A DNA stretch of 64,000 nucleotides from Harriotta raleighana (GCA_050575255.1 JBNZDD010013714.1:6065478-6129477), one strand, 5' to 3'; positions 1 to 12,780 are shown, counted from the first letter of the stretch. Notes: generated by a model not told the origin, from the letters alone. A program made the numbers and translations.

Positions 1-393
1 TGCCAAGAATGTTAGGAAAAGGGATGAAGTGAAGCGTGGCTAATGCTCATTCCTTCTTTGGTAATTTTTCTTCAAATTTTATACCAGTGGGCAATTTTTG
101 TTTCTTTTCAAAGTGCTGAGAAAGTGCAGATGGTTTGGACCACACAGAAATCTGTTTCTTATGTTCTTCCTGGGCATAATGGGGAACATTGTGAAAATCG
201 ATACATTACTAGCGATTGTTAGTGATATTCATAGCTGCCCGTACTGCGGGCGGAAAAATGTGAGGCAGATCATTCAAGCATTCAGTTTGTGAAAGCAAGG
301 AGTCACTTCTTTGTAGTTCATATTCATTTGCTTATGCCTTCTACAAACTGCAATTGAAGTTTGGGCGGAAAAGAATAACGACAGAGAGAGAGC

Positions 394-427
<34 letters not shown>

Positions 428-720
428 ATGGGGGGAAAAATAAATTCTGCAAAACAACCGAGGATATAAGTAGGATTTATTGAGTGGGTTTTCCAAGAGA
501 AAAAGAAAAAACAAAAAAGCACGACATTGGCTGATATATCACCAAAGCCCCATCTGCCATGTTTGTAACAGAATGAAGAATGAAACCTTTGACAGAAATA
601 GCTAAATTTGTCACATGGTTTCAATGAAAGAATAACTGCTTTGAATAGCACTGAAGCGCCAGAAAAACTATTTACTGACCATGTAATAAGCAACACTTCA
701 GCTTTTTACTTGCTTAAAAA
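1..720. promoter_or_regulatory. Candidate conserved non-coding element(s), split by a (GA)n tract
   Basis: Repeat-free, complex, non-coding sequence in a gene desert. Conservation is inferred from composition and context only. Confidence 0.3.
383..428. repeat. (GA)n microsatellite
   Basis: Imperfect AG dinucleotide run, directly visible. Confidence 0.9.
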
Positions 721-3381
721 GGAGTAAAAACTTTCTTTCTAAAATACTAAACCTATCCTCGAAATGTTTTAGCTGCAACTCATCTAATTCTCAAACTATA
801 TTCAAGCGCTATTCAAGAAAGGCTGCACTTTCTGTCGCCTTTACTATGACAATCCTGCTTTAGATTGAAGAGCTGGTTTGGATTGCCTTGCGTTTCAGCC
901 TTTTAATTTCACCATTGTCTGATATTTATAGAACCATGGTTTTACAGGAAACTAGTTTCAAAAAGACTATGTTACCAGGACATCAGGGTCGAAATGCTTG
1001 GAGCTGGTAATAAATTAATGTACTATTTCACTTCCTCTTCTCTAACAAAGCGATCGTTTGTCCACCTAACTTACATTCAATTGTGAGTTATATTTTCAGG
1101 ATTGCGAGTACATTCAATTGCAAATTATTCGTCAGTATTAATTCTGTCGTTTTAACTACCTTGAGAACTAATAAAGAATGCAAAGTGCAGTGAACATCTG
1201 GCTTCCGGGACTAAGAAGTGCCCAGATTCTCAAAGAGGTTTAACTGACAAAATAGTTGGTTATTAACATTAGAACTGCTTTTCAAGCCTTTGGAATGGGA
1301 ACAAGTGGCCCATTATATTGCAGAAATGTATTAATTTAAATTTGTTGCCCATATCCTAATGTTTCAAGCTGTGGGGATCTGTTTTAGGATATTTATAAAT
1401 GTGCAACAAGTGGTAAGACATCATGTTAGTGTAACTGTTCCCGGGGGCAGGAGGAGGGGGAGAGAAACTTGCTCTCTCAATTATTCTCTCCACGGTGGGT
1501 TCCCAATCTCAACCAAAGTTACCCAGGATATTCATAGAGTACAAACAAGATGCTTGTCTGTAGGAAAAAAGTGGAAAACTTACACATCTCGCTCTGCGCT
1601 TGTGTGCCTCCCAGTGGTTGCAGGGCAGTACTGGTGGGATTGTGCCTTGACATATATGGAATATGGTGTAAAAGTAACTATAATCCATACATCTGGCATA
1701 CCGTCTTATCACATCGTCAAGATGAATCAAAGCGCTTCATGGGACATTACTATGAAGTGTAGTAGTAGCAGCCTGTTTGTAGGCAAACGCGGCAACAAAT
1801 TAATAGAGTACTGACACATAAGCAGAAATGTTTTAAAAATTAGAAGTGTTTCTGCGTAATTAAATTCAATATGATGCAGTTGTTTCATGGTAAAGTGCAT
1901 TTTATCTTGTACAAACTGGTGCTATTTTTTGGGAGCTCTGTGCAACTCTGTCAAACATGATGTTTTTACATTATCAAGGACAGAGGAGGATTGCATTCAA
2001 AATGCTGCTTAATATCCTCTCTACGCCTTCCCCCACCTGATTCCTGAACCCAGCAGTTTATTCAGAAACCAGCACTTGTACACTACAGCAATGAACAGAT
2101 TGTGAGGAGAGAGTTGGGGAGAAAGAAAAATGAGTTAAGCTGGATTTCAGCCCTGTTGTTTAAATACAATATGGGTGCACTGGGTTTTAATCGAATAAAG
2201 AATGAAAATGATTTCAATCAGCAGAAAAGATGCTTTGCGGACAACACGATGCATACGTTTTTTTTCCAACTGGAGTTTAAGATAGGTCACAGGGAGGCTT
2301 GATGAGCCCTTTCAGTGCTCCTCATCCACACTGAACCCAGTTCCATTGAAATAAATGGTGTGGGAAACAAAAAGTTAAGTCAAGCACACTTTGTGCGTTG
2401 AACTCTGCAAGGCCTGTATATTTTAACTGCGTTTGATTTTTATATGCGGGTGGAAAGTAACCATCCCGTTTACTGTGGATAGTATTAAAACCGGGTGGTG
2501 AAATCGGATGAAGGTTTGATCACTGCGATAAACGTTTTATGTCCGCAGACTAAAAATTGAGCCAATAGTCAAGGAGCTAATCCAATTAGCTTGCATCATG
2601 TTGCCCATTCCAATTAATTGTGTGGTGCATTCTACCGATGCCATAAGCCATACGGGAACCAGACATTAGCAACACCAGCAGCCGAGCACCAATATAGTTC
2701 AAGCCTTCAACATCTGACAGAGTTTGCAACCCAAATGTGTATTCGTTTGTGTGCTGGGGCATGGCAAGGGTCAACAGCTGTCTCACTTGGCTGACATGTG
2801 CCCAGGTCTGTAACAACACCCCTCTGATTCATACCCCAGTATACCCCAGAGGTAGTAGCCCCTGTGAAAGATCTGGTAGCAGGTGAAGGGTTTTCCCACC
2901 ATTTAATAGCACAGGTGGACATTGGTCTCTAGGCCTTACGTCTTTCATGCCTGGTATTAGTTACTTGTCAGAGATTTCAACACTTTTCTTTTGACGGTGC
3001 CTTCCATGATCATGGTTTTAAACAAAGATTAGTGTCCTAAAGACGTGTTGATCATTCACTTTGACTGTGAGACCTGCTGGGTACATAATAATTATCTGTG
3101 CAACACTTTGAGACATTTTGACCTTATGGACATAAAATTCAAATGCATGGATGTGTTTTTTTGATCATTTGAAGCATCTAGAAAGGCACAGAATAATCTT
3201 AGCAGTTCAAATGTGGAAGAGAGTGATTTTCATGTGAAGTTGTGGTTTGACAAAGTGAGTAAGATAGACGTCCTAAACAAAGCTTTCACAGTATTTCAAT
3301 TCTACTGGATGGGACAGTTGTTATAAAGGCTGTGTTCTCACTCAGCAGACAGTCTTGAAGGTCTGCTGTCATACTTGATGA

Positions 3382-3631
3382 CTTCAGACGCTCTGTCCCC
3401 ACTCTCTGGAACTCCATCCTGCAGTCCCTCCGCCTCGCCCTCTCCCTGCCCTCCTTCAAGACATGTCTCAAGACCCTCTTCTTCGACCGTACCTTTAACC
3501 AACTTCCTCCCCCCCTTGCCCTCCTTGATCTTGACCCCCAGCTCATGTCCGAAGCATTGATTGTCCAGAGTGATGGGACGTCCTCCCAACGTGAAAGCTG
3601 CTATACAAATGTAATTTTGTTATTGTTGATG
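3382..3631 (+). mobile_element. L2-clade LINE 3' end fragment
   Basis: Encodes ORF2 C-terminus-like PTLWNSILQSLRLALSLPSFKTCLKTLFFDRTF, then a pyrimidine-rich UTR, a GGGACGTCCTCCCAACGTGAAAG hairpin and a (TTG)n-like tail. Confidence 0.85.
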
Positions 3632-4134
3632 TCATGTTTGTCAATTGTCTGTTCAAACCAACTAATCTTTCTTTTGTTTTGTGGTTTTTTGATCAACGTT
3701 CATTTTTGTCACCCTGTTGAGGCCATTGTTGCATTTACAACTGTTCTCAGCAGTTGGCTTTGAGGAACTTTCTCAACTTTATGTGAAAGCATGGTTCAAG
3801 TCTTTTTGCATTCTTTCGTGGTGAGAGATCAGATGCATATCAGGAGAGACCACTTGCCTGAGAAAGCTCTCGATGAAAAGCTATTCAATGTCTGAGAAAT
3901 ATGTTGCCTTTCCATTTTGACTTTGTACATTATCTGCCATTGAAGTACAACATACAAACAGATGTCTACTGTTTCCACTTGTAAAGATGGTCAAATGTGA
4001 GCAATTTAATTCACATTTACTCATAAAAGAGAGAGAGAGACCCTGAATAATTCCTCTTCTCTTCCTTTACTTCCATCTGCAACATAGAGTTTTAACTTAG
4101 CAATTCTAGCTTCTAGCTATATAATACTCTAACA

Positions 4135-4842
4135 TAGGCCTGCGCCTGGAGTACTGTGTGCAGTTTGGGTTGCTGGGGAGGCCCAGAGCCTAGAGGAAGT
4201 GGAAAGGAGAGCAACAGTGATGACCTCAATGTGAGAGAAATTAGCTATGAGCAAAATTTTCAGGCACGGTGAAACCTTGAGCAAGTTTCCTCACTCTACA
4301 CGCCTGACAATATTCCCTCAAGAAAACCTCTCCAAAATAAATTGGTTATTTCCATCCACAATTGTTTAGGGAACACTGCTATGCGCAATTGGCTGTCGTG
4401 TTTTGCCCACAAATGTACAATCTATTCACTTTACAGTATATTCTGTGAAGCACTTTGAGACACCTGGAAGATGTGAAAAGCGCAATATAAAATGCAAGGA
4501 TTATTATCATTACTATTAGATTAGATACACTCGGGTTCTTCAGGCTTGAAAAGAGATGTCTCATGGGGATCTTCACCAGAATATATAAGATTTATAAAGA
4601 GAAAGTAAGCTTTGCACAACACTTTCAAATAGGTAGAGACAGTGGAACAAGATGGCATATATTTAGGGTTGCAAAGGTCAATTTCAGGAAGTGCTCTTTT
4701 ACCCAGTGGAAAATTAACAAGCTAAAGAAATTAACAAAACAGAAGTGCTTGATGGTTTAATTGGAGGAAGGTAAGGTAGGGAAAATGGAAAGAAAAGATC
4801 AAAAAGGCTGAAGGGCCTTGTTCATCTGAAACTTGTGATCCT
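4135..4842 (+). mobile_element. CR1 LINE 3' fragment interrupted by a SINE
   Basis: Contains the LEYCVQF motif. Joining 4254 to 4518 restores YEQRLDTLGFFRLEKRCLMG (CR1 YEERL..LGLFSLEKRRLRGD). CR1-like end GGCTGAAGGGCCTTGTT. Confidence 0.8.
4259..4517 (+). mobile_element. Dominant tRNA-derived SINE, 5'-truncated
   Basis: Matches the other copies: CCTTGAGCAAGTTTCCT...CACTTTACAGTATATTCTGTGAAGCACTTTGAGAC...AATGCAAGGATTATTAT. Confidence 0.9.
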
Positions 4843-5207
4843 GTGGCAATAAGTTCTGACACTGAAGATTTGAATATAAACTACACCGTATTTTTTTCCA
4901 GCCGGATGGTAAGTGAACAGATCTAATTTTGTGTATGTGACTAAAATGTCTTATTGTCATCATGCTGAAAATAACCTCTTTGTAATTCTAGTTGTAATTG
5001 AGATTGGCTTGCTGCATTGTCTTTATGACAGAATAGTACAGTGAGCATTGCAACATTTCTGGGTAAGTTTCAGTTTCTTTTTCTCTGAGCAAAACATTTT
5101 TAACAGACAACTATGAAGCACATTTGTGACAGAGTAGTCTGCACAGTTTCAACATCAATCTCCTTTACACTCCTATCAATGAATTAATACAAAATTTCAC
5201 ATTACGG

Positions 5208-5405
5208 AATAATAATAATTTGGTCACTCAAAAATCCAGAACTGTTGGTGGGACACTGCTGTGTGCAATTAGACGCTACGTTAAAATCCACAAAATATAC
5301 AGTCATTTCACTTTACAGTATATTCTGTGAAGCGCTTTGAGACGTCTCTAGAAAAGCAATTAAATGTGTGAGAAATGGTATATCAAATGCAAGGATTACT
5401 ATTAC
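5208..5405 (+). mobile_element. Dominant SINE, 3' half
   Basis: GTGGGACACTGCTGTGTGCAATT body and the shared ATGCAAGGATTA tail. Confidence 0.9.
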
Positions 5406-5669
5406 AGTGTATTACTTTTACAAACAAATTGAATTACAATGTGCGGGAATAGATTTTATACTTGTCACTGTCTACATGGCGAGATCTCGGTTTAGATATG
5501 CCACTCAGAATTAGATGCCAGACACTGCCTGGAGGAAGGGAGGTGATCAGAAGGCATGTTGCTTCCCAACAACTAATTACAGATTAGCATTGGTGGAGAC
5601 TTGCCTGTTTACCCTCCACTATAGGTTGGATCATATGGCAGAAGAAGACCTTTGCAAACTGGACTCAAA

Positions 5670-5760
5670 TGTTTCTGATGACTCAGTGGATCTTTACATA
5701 CAGGAAGGTCCCAAGTTTAATAATTGATCCTTGTGTGCCCTGCAGTAAGGACATTAAAAG
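5670..5760 (+). mobile_element. AmnSINE2-like head fragment
   Basis: GACTCAGTGGA...CATACAGGAAGGTCCCAAGTT resembles the recalled AmnSINE2 head. Confidence 0.4.
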
Positions 5761-5976
5761 TGAACTCACTTCTGATCTTTCACGATTGCCTGAATAGGCA
5801 GATGGGATTTTTCTTTAACATCTCATTCTAATGCCTTCTGACATTAGAAACGCTCAGACCATATCAATAGATCTTCATTGATGCTGATTATCAGGCAGGC
5901 ATCTCTATACATGCTGTCAGTTACACGATTCTGTAAATGCTGAAAAGCCTTTTGACCGATAGAAGCTTCTCTCAAG

Positions 5977-6297
5977 TATCATCATAACAATAATCCTTGT
6001 ATTTTATATAGTGCTTTTCACGTCTTCTAGTCATCTCAAAGTGCTTCACAAAATAAATTGTAAAGTGAATTAATTGTATATTTGTGGACAAAACGCAGCA
6101 GCCAATTGCACACAGCAGTGTCCCGCAAACAATTGTGGAATGAGTGACCAAATTATAATTTATTTTCCTGATGGATTATTATCAGGCATGTGGAATAAGG
6201 AAACTCGCTCAACATTTTACCCTGCTGGGAAACAAACACAGGTCTCTTGCTCGCCTCGCGAGTGCTCCAACCATAGTTATAGCTATAACCACTCCTC
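5977..6297 (-). mobile_element. Dominant SINE, near full length
   Basis: Reverse complement has the tail, body and a degenerate tRNA head (GCACTCGCGAGGCGAGCAAGAGACCTG). Confidence 0.9.
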
Positions 6298-7168
6298 GAT
6301 GTAATAATTTTGAAACACCAGATATTTTAAGATTATTTGAATTGAGGAGTTAAAAAAAATCTTCAAAAAAATTATACCCCCAAATTCCTGGGCATTTTTT
6401 TTCAGAAGGAGTGGAATCTCTTCTGATAAATCCATCTCTTGTAATTCCTCATAATCACCTGTTTAGATTTAGGGATTAGTTGCTGTGTGATATCATTTAT
6501 TTCTTTATCATCTGTCAGCTCTCTGATTGTGATTTGGTGCTTCAGGCCAAACAGTAATTACTTTGTAATAAACCACCCATATGGTGCTAATGCTGAGCCA
6601 GTGTAAATCCCTTCGCTTATCTGTGTATATTCTAATAAAATAGACTATGAGCAAATGCTGAGTTTAGCATATGTTCCCTCTCCCTCTATCTCTCTCTCTC
6701 TATCTCTCTCTACCCCCACTTGATCTTTATCATCTGTAAATCCCAATACGTAGGTCAGCCAATGTGGCAAATGACACTGCAGCACGTGCGATAGACAAGA
6801 TTATGTTTCTACAGTGTGGGTTTATCTGTGACCACAGTCCCACAGTGACGAGTGTTGCTAATTGAATTCAGCCAGTGAGAAGCCTCGGTAGATTTTACAA
6901 ATACCTGCACATCACTGAGGCTTTCCAGTGTGCTGTGGACTGGTCTCTGTGTCAGTCTGGAACACCACAGTTACTGTATTGCCATAAATACATCGAGCTC
7001 CAGTCTTCAGCAGGCTTCAGTTCCAGTAAACCTCACAAGTCATTATCAGTTGGAACCATACATTTTATATGACTTACGCAAAATTTGAGTTACTCAAAAC
7101 TTATAAACAATAAGACGTTCAACAGAACTTGGGGAAGTGTATGATTTGGGCGGTTAACCAATTTATAA

Positions 7169-7431
7169 TCTGCTCCATGTCCCCCGGCCGACCCGCCTTA
7201 CCATCGGTGACTGGGTTTTCAGCCTCTCTGCCCCCACACTCTGGAACTTCATCTCACAGTACCTTTGCCTTGCCTCCTTCAAGGCCGATCACAAGACCCT
7301 TCTGTTCAATTGTGCCTTCTGTCGCTCTCCTACCTCTCTCCCTCCCCTCCCTCCGTTTGAGTCCCGTTCCCTGACTGTTCAGCGCCTTCGCACGTGAAAG
7401 GCGCTCTATAAATGTAATTTCTTTGTTGTTA
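7169..7431 (+). mobile_element. L2 LINE 3' end fragment
   Basis: CCCACACTCTGGAACT...TCCTTCAAG...AAGACCCTTCTGTTCAA, an AGCGCCTT..AAGGCGCT hairpin and a TTG tail. Confidence 0.85.
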
Positions 7432-7583
7432 TACAGATCAGACTTGTGCAAGTTTTACTATATTTGAGAGTGTCCAGTTTTTAATTATGACTAATAGATG
7501 GGATCCGTAGAACTCTTGTTTGGTTTGGATACTTTTAAGCATAGTGATGGATTTCTGCATGTGATAGTGAAGGCCACTGTCTA

Positions 7584-7902
7584 GTGGAGGCCAGTAGCTC
7601 AGTGGTTAGGGCACTCGCCTCGCAAGCGAGAGACCTGGGTTCAGTTCCCAGCATGGTGAATCCTTGGGCAGGTTTCCTTAGTCCACACACTTGATAATGA
7701 TCCCTCAAGAAGAAAAAAACAATACATTTGTCGCTTCAATCCACGACTGTTTGTGAGACACTGCTGCGTGCAATTGGCTGCCGCGTTTCACCCACAAACT
7801 ATGCAGTCAATTCACTTTACAGTATATTCTGTGAAGTGCTTTGAGATGCCTAGAGGACGTGAAAAGCGCTAAGCCAAATGCAAGGATGATTATTGTTATT
7901 AT
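7584..7902 (+). mobile_element. Dominant tRNA-derived SINE, full-length short variant
   Basis: A box TAGCTCAGTGG (7595) and B box GGTTCAGTTCC (~7638), followed by the body, hairpin tail and (TTA)n. Confidence 0.95.
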
Positions 7903-8262
7903 CAAAGATATTTGAAATGGCCAAATCAGTAATAGCTGGCCAATGGAAAGAAGTTCAGTGAATGCACATTGCATTTCGGTATGGTTTCCAGGGTGGGGTG
8001 GAGAGGAAGGAATGATATTTTACTTGCAGATTGAGACTTCAATTTATATTCACTTTCTTCATTTCCCCCCACCCCCCCCCCCCAAAATACATGTGCTGCC
8101 ATCCACTTCAATGCTCTCTCCTCCTGCAGAGGGTGTCATGATTTGAGCTGTGCATTTCTCCATAATCAATGCTGTTCTGTGATTGTGTTGCGGGAGATGG
8201 AGTCTATGCAATGAGTGTCAGCTGCCTGTTTGGTCTTCAGAATTGTGTAGTTAAATATAATG

Positions 8263-8632
8263 AACAACAAATGTATATTTCTTTTATTTTTATAGCGTCT
8301 TTCACGTCGGGATGACATCTTTCGGGGCTGGACAATCAGTGTTTTGGACTCAAGATGGGGGATTGGGGAGGGTGGAGGACAGTGGGGGGGGGAAGAGGGT
8401 TATCGAAGGCATGCTCAAAGAGGAGGGCCTTGAGATGGGTCTTGAAGGAGGCAAGGGAGGGGGCGTAGCGGACGGACTGCGGGGTAGAATTCCAGATGGT
8501 GGGGACAGAATGGCAGAAGGCCCGCCCACGAATAGTGGGGGAGACGAGATGGGGGATGTGGAGCAGAATGGAGCCCGCTGAACAGATTGAGCAGGCAGGT
8601 TGTAGAGGGCTAGAAGGTCATAAAGGTAGGGG
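8263..8632 (-). mobile_element. L2 LINE 3' end fragment
   Basis: Reverse complement of the same L2 end (CCCACCATCTGGAATTCT...TCCTTCAAGACCCATCTCAAG...GACGTGAAAGACGCTATA). Confidence 0.85.
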
Positions 8633-8639
8633 CCATAAG

Positions 8640-8772
8640 TGCCATTATAGCACCTCTAGAACTGTCTCAGCCCAAATCAGCCGACACAGTAATGACCTGG
8701 GACCTTCCTGGTCCATCTGGTTCAGTTGTATTTCTGATAATTGGTCCATTTACCCACTGAGGTATTGGGGAG
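8640..8772 (-). mobile_element. AmnSINE2-like 5' head
   Basis: Reverse strand reads CTCAGTGGGTAAATG...GGACCAGGAAGGTCCCAGGT...GCTGATTTGGGCTGAG. Confidence 0.6.
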
Positions 8773-8979
8773 CAATGGATTTCTATCAGATTTAATTTTG
8801 TTGTGCTGGGTCGCATTTTGAGTTTTTTGGTGCTGTTGTTTAAATTGACATACTCACTGTAAAGATAAGTGCAAGATGTTAAACATGAGATGATGCTGAG
8901 CTGGGAAGAAAAACAATGGCAGATATAAAAATTAACTTGCAATATTATGTGTGTGTATATATACAAGCATATGTATATA

Positions 8980-9050
8980 TAATATATTATAAGCGTTTGA
9001 GATGGTGATAAGATGTGAAAAGTGCTATATCAAATGCAAGGATTATTATA
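8980..9050 (+). mobile_element. Dominant SINE tail only
   Basis: AAGCGTTTGAGATG...GTGAAAAGTGCTATATCAAATGCAAGGATTATTAT. Confidence 0.85.
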
Positions 9051-9437
9051 TACATGTAGTAAATGATGTGAAGCTGAAAGGTGCAAATTTAGAAAAAGAG
9101 AAGGAAAATTTTAGCATTCCACAGTAGCTTAAAAACTAACAGCATCAGAAATCTCCTCCATCCCTGGCCAGGCGGCCTCTGCCTTACAACCACTCACAAT
9201 GTCAAACAGGAACGAAGAGGTTTCTTCATCCAAAGTCTACTAGTTTTAGGTTTTCAAATAAAATGAGATGAGTTGAGAGTTGTCGAAACGTGTAATATAT
9301 TGACGTTCAAGCAGCTGATCACATACCGATCAAATGTTGTCCAACCTGGTATTTAGGCGGTTGTTTGAGCAGAATCACTTGCTATCACTCTGCAGCCGCC
9401 ACAAGATCACCAACTGGCAATCATTCATTCAATGGGA

Positions 9438-9684
9438 TAATAATAATCCTTGCATTTTTGATATAACGCTTTTCACATCTTATCGACGTCTCAAAGCGCT
9501 TCACAGAATATACTGTAAAGTGAATTGACTGTACATTTGTGGGCGAATCGTGGCAGCCAGTTGTGCACAGCAGTGTCCCTACAAACAGTCGTGGATTGAA
9601 AAAGACCAATTTTATTATTGTTTTTTTTTTTGGAGGTATTATTAGGCATGTGGAGTAAGGAAACTTGCCCAAGGTTTCGCCTTG
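9438..9684 (-). mobile_element. Dominant SINE, lacking tRNA head
   Basis: High similarity to the 7584-7902 copy in reverse orientation. Confidence 0.92.
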
Positions 9685-10739
9685 GGTTGTTTGTCCCAGA
9701 GGTAAGAATGCTACCAAATGAGCCAGCCTTACAGGAGTTACTTTCAAATTAACAACAAGAATGCCGTGGCTTTGTCACACTTTGAGGTTGATGATGTCTG
9801 AGTCAGCGGAGATTGTATTGAAACATATTGCAGCCTATGCAGCATCTGCTGTGGCGGCTCAATGTATTCATTGATAAATAAGAAAGAACTTGCAATTTTA
9901 CAGTTCTTATCAAGTCGAAACAAGACACTTTCTAGTGAATCCTTGATTTCAGTTGACAAACTCAAAAGCCATTTTGCACACAGCATGGTCTCGCGTATAG
10001 CCTTGAGGTGCATGATCCATCTGCTCTTGTGAACATATATTTCTTGCAAGCACGGAGGATGACATATTGACATTAATTTTACCTGGACAAATTTTTACAC
10101 TCAGGCACTTGTTGTTGACCACTGTAATTCACTGAGGAACAAATGCTCTCCAGCTTCTCCTGAGATGCCTTGCTCTGCTACGTCACATCCTCGGTAGCAG
10201 GATATTGTATTCTTTCATTTTATCCTCCTGTCAAATAAATCTGAGCAGCAACATAAGAATGGTAAGAGAGATATGACCTGTTAAATTGACAAAACAAAGA
10301 ATTTTAACAAAAGGCTCAGTGTCCTGAGGCGGACATATTTTGAGTCCTGCATCCCTAGACAAAGTCTGTCAAAGCAGTTAGTGGAACATATCCCACTCTG
10401 TTATTTCACAGCATATAAGTAGCCTTCAGTGGTAACTAAGAACATTCTACAAGATCTGATTCTAGCTTGTGGGTTAGTCTCATAAAGGTTACTGTAAACA
10501 GCATCTGTAGACCTGCTGTCAGAGCTGCAGCCAACTGTTTACTAAACATACTATGTGGATACATTAGCCAAGGCAAGCTTTGATTTGAGCAAATCTGCAG
10601 ATGTTTCACTCAGTCTGTGAGGATCTCCCTCCCCCTGTTTTGAGGTACAACTGAGGCAATCATTTCACTGTGTGAAGAGCGCTGGAATGAAGATGGTCAG
10701 ATTTATAAAACATCTTACTTGCACCAAGATCATATTCAT

Positions 10740-11235
10740 TCATGGAAAGTTTTACAGCACAGAGGAAGCCATTAGGCCCGTATAGCGTCCCCGACTGAGC
10801 TATCTCCTCTAATCCCTTTTCCCATGTGCCCTTTTAATATTATTTTCCCTCAAGTATTTATCCAATTCCCTTCTGAACACTGTTATAGGCTTTGCTGAAA
10901 CAGCAATCTGTGATAAGGCACTCCACATTCTTGCAATCTATTTTATAGTTTTTTTTAAACTTCCCTCTTTTTCCTCCTGGTGTTTAACCAGTTTATTTTC
11001 CTTCTGTTCCTGACTCATGGAGAAGTGGAATGGTCTCTCCCTCTTTATTTTACTCGACCAAAAACCATTCATATTCTTAGTAATACGGAATTATTCGAAT
11101 CTCCTCTTAACCTTTTCAGTCCCAGTGAGAATTGTCCCAGTGTCTTAAGTCTTTTTGCATAATTTTCTCTGGTATCATCCTTGTGAATCTTCTCGATCAG
11201 TTAAATATCTTTTCTATTAATGGGGTGTCCAAGGA
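10740..11235 (-). mobile_element. CR1 LINE 3' fragment
   Basis: Shark-type CR1 end ACAGCACAGAGGAAGCCATTAGGCCC...CAAGTATTTATCCAATTCCCTT...ATCCTTGTGAATCTTCTC...GGTGTCCA. Confidence 0.75.
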
Positions 11236-11277
11236 AGGACGGCTCTACCTGCTGTCAAAAATGTCCTCAGTTCCCAA

Positions 11278-11351
11278 CATATTCTGTGAAGTGCTTTAAG
11301 ACGTCTTGAAGACTAGATAAAGTGAAATATCAAATGCAAGGATTATTATTT
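11278..11351 (+). mobile_element. Dominant SINE tail only
   Basis: TATTCTGTGAAGTGCTTTAAGACGTC...AATGCAAGGATTATTATT. Confidence 0.85.
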
Positions 11352-11834
11352 TTGTATCTTTGACTGTGTGTTTGGTCACTTCTGAATTAGTCCCACTTTT
11401 TTTTGTTCAGTACCCTAAACTCCCACAGTTTAATGGTTTGCAGCTTTCACCTATACAAATGTGAGTACAGTACAAGTTGTTTTTAACTTCCCATCATGCT
11501 TAACTGCAGTCTTAACAGGTTGGGTAGACATACATTTCTCCTTACTTGTATTCTGGTGCCAAAATTCCAATAGCAATTAAAAAGTGTGCCTTTAGACACA
11601 ATAATACTGTATATAGCTTTGTATTGCATGAATATTTTCTGAATGTGTTGTGCAACAGCACTTGCATCAGAATGTAGTGAATATCCACAAACCTGTTAAT
11701 ACTGTTAATACGTTCACAAACACTACTGAATCGACTGCATTCATCGCATTGCAATTTCTGGGTAAGATCATCATTCACTCACTGGTGAACCAAATTGTTT
11801 CACTTACACCAGTACTTGGTTGACACTTATACAC

Positions 11835-11908
11835 CAGTTCTGACAGAGGGTCATAGACCCGAAACGTTGACTCACTTTTCCTTTCTCCATAGATGCTGCC
11901 TAACCTCT
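11835..11908 (+). mobile_element. Penelope-type terminal repeat fragment
   Basis: CTGACAGAGGGTCATAGACCCGAAACGTTGAC...CCATAGATGCTGCCT. The same motif occurs at 27112 and 47883. Confidence 0.65.
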
Positions 11909-11974
11909 CATGTCAGGGTTCACGCGCCTTTAACAAGGAGGACTGGAGCAAGTTTACTAAAATTTAATATACAT

Positions 11975-12110
11975 GTAACACAATGCTCACATATGTACAG
12001 GCAATTCATTTTACAGTATAGAGCTGTGAAGTGCTTTGAGACGTCTAGAAGATGTGATAAGCCTATATCAAATTTAAATGCAAGGATTATTATTATAATT
12101 ATTGTTATTA
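11975..12110 (+). mobile_element. Dominant SINE 3' fragment
   Basis: Shared tail and a long TTA-like run. Confidence 0.85.
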
Positions 12111-12309
12111 ATGCTGTCTGATGGGAAGAATCCTGCCTAAAGGGCTGATGTTCAGGCAGCATACATTTAAATGTTTCTCCTTGATCTGGAGCTTGACAAC
12201 TAATTGCTCTTTTTTTAATGGACTCCACTTTTATCAAAGTTCGTACTATTTTGAAGTAAGTTTTTTAAGTAAGATTTTCAGTTGTTTGAAGTACACTTGA
12301 AAATTAGTT

Positions 12310-12560
12310 TCCCCCTAACTCTGCGACCTCTGACCCCCTACTGACCTACCAGCTCTCCCCACTCAGTGGACTCTAGCCTGCTTCGGGTCCCCCGTCTCGC
12401 CCGCCCCACGTTTGGCAGACTGCAGTCCCTCCATCTCACCCCCTCCGCTGCCTCCTTCAAGACCCGTCTCAGGTCCCAAACACTAATTGTCAGGCGACTT
12501 GAGATGTCCTCTCAACGTGAAAGGCGCTGTACAAATCTAGTTTTGTTTTGTTGTTGTTAC
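12310..12560 (+). mobile_element. L2 LINE 3' fragment with internal deletions
   Basis: CTGCGACCTCTGAC...GCAGTCCCTCC...TCCTTCAAGACCCGTCTCA...CGTGAAAGGCGCTGTACAAAT plus TTG tail. Confidence 0.8.
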
Positions 12561-12780
12561 TTCTCCGTCCACTTTTCTTTCCTTCCCGCTTGAAAACTCA
12601 GTGATCCATGTTTTGGAGTACAAACAGATTTGTGGTTGATAGCAACTTACTGGCATCTCGACCGTGTGGTCGTTTTGCGCACTATATGTGAACGTACAGT
12701 AGTGAGAGTGAAAATTGCAACCAGTGCTGATTCTCTCCTGATCTGAAACATCTGTACAGCTTTACTCTAATCCTTTAAAT

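Noticed and set aside
4890-5068. Apparent 7-nt microexon and 71-nt exon with GTAAGT donors
   Set aside because: Such splice-like motifs are expected many times by chance in 64 kb, and there is no coding or transcript support.
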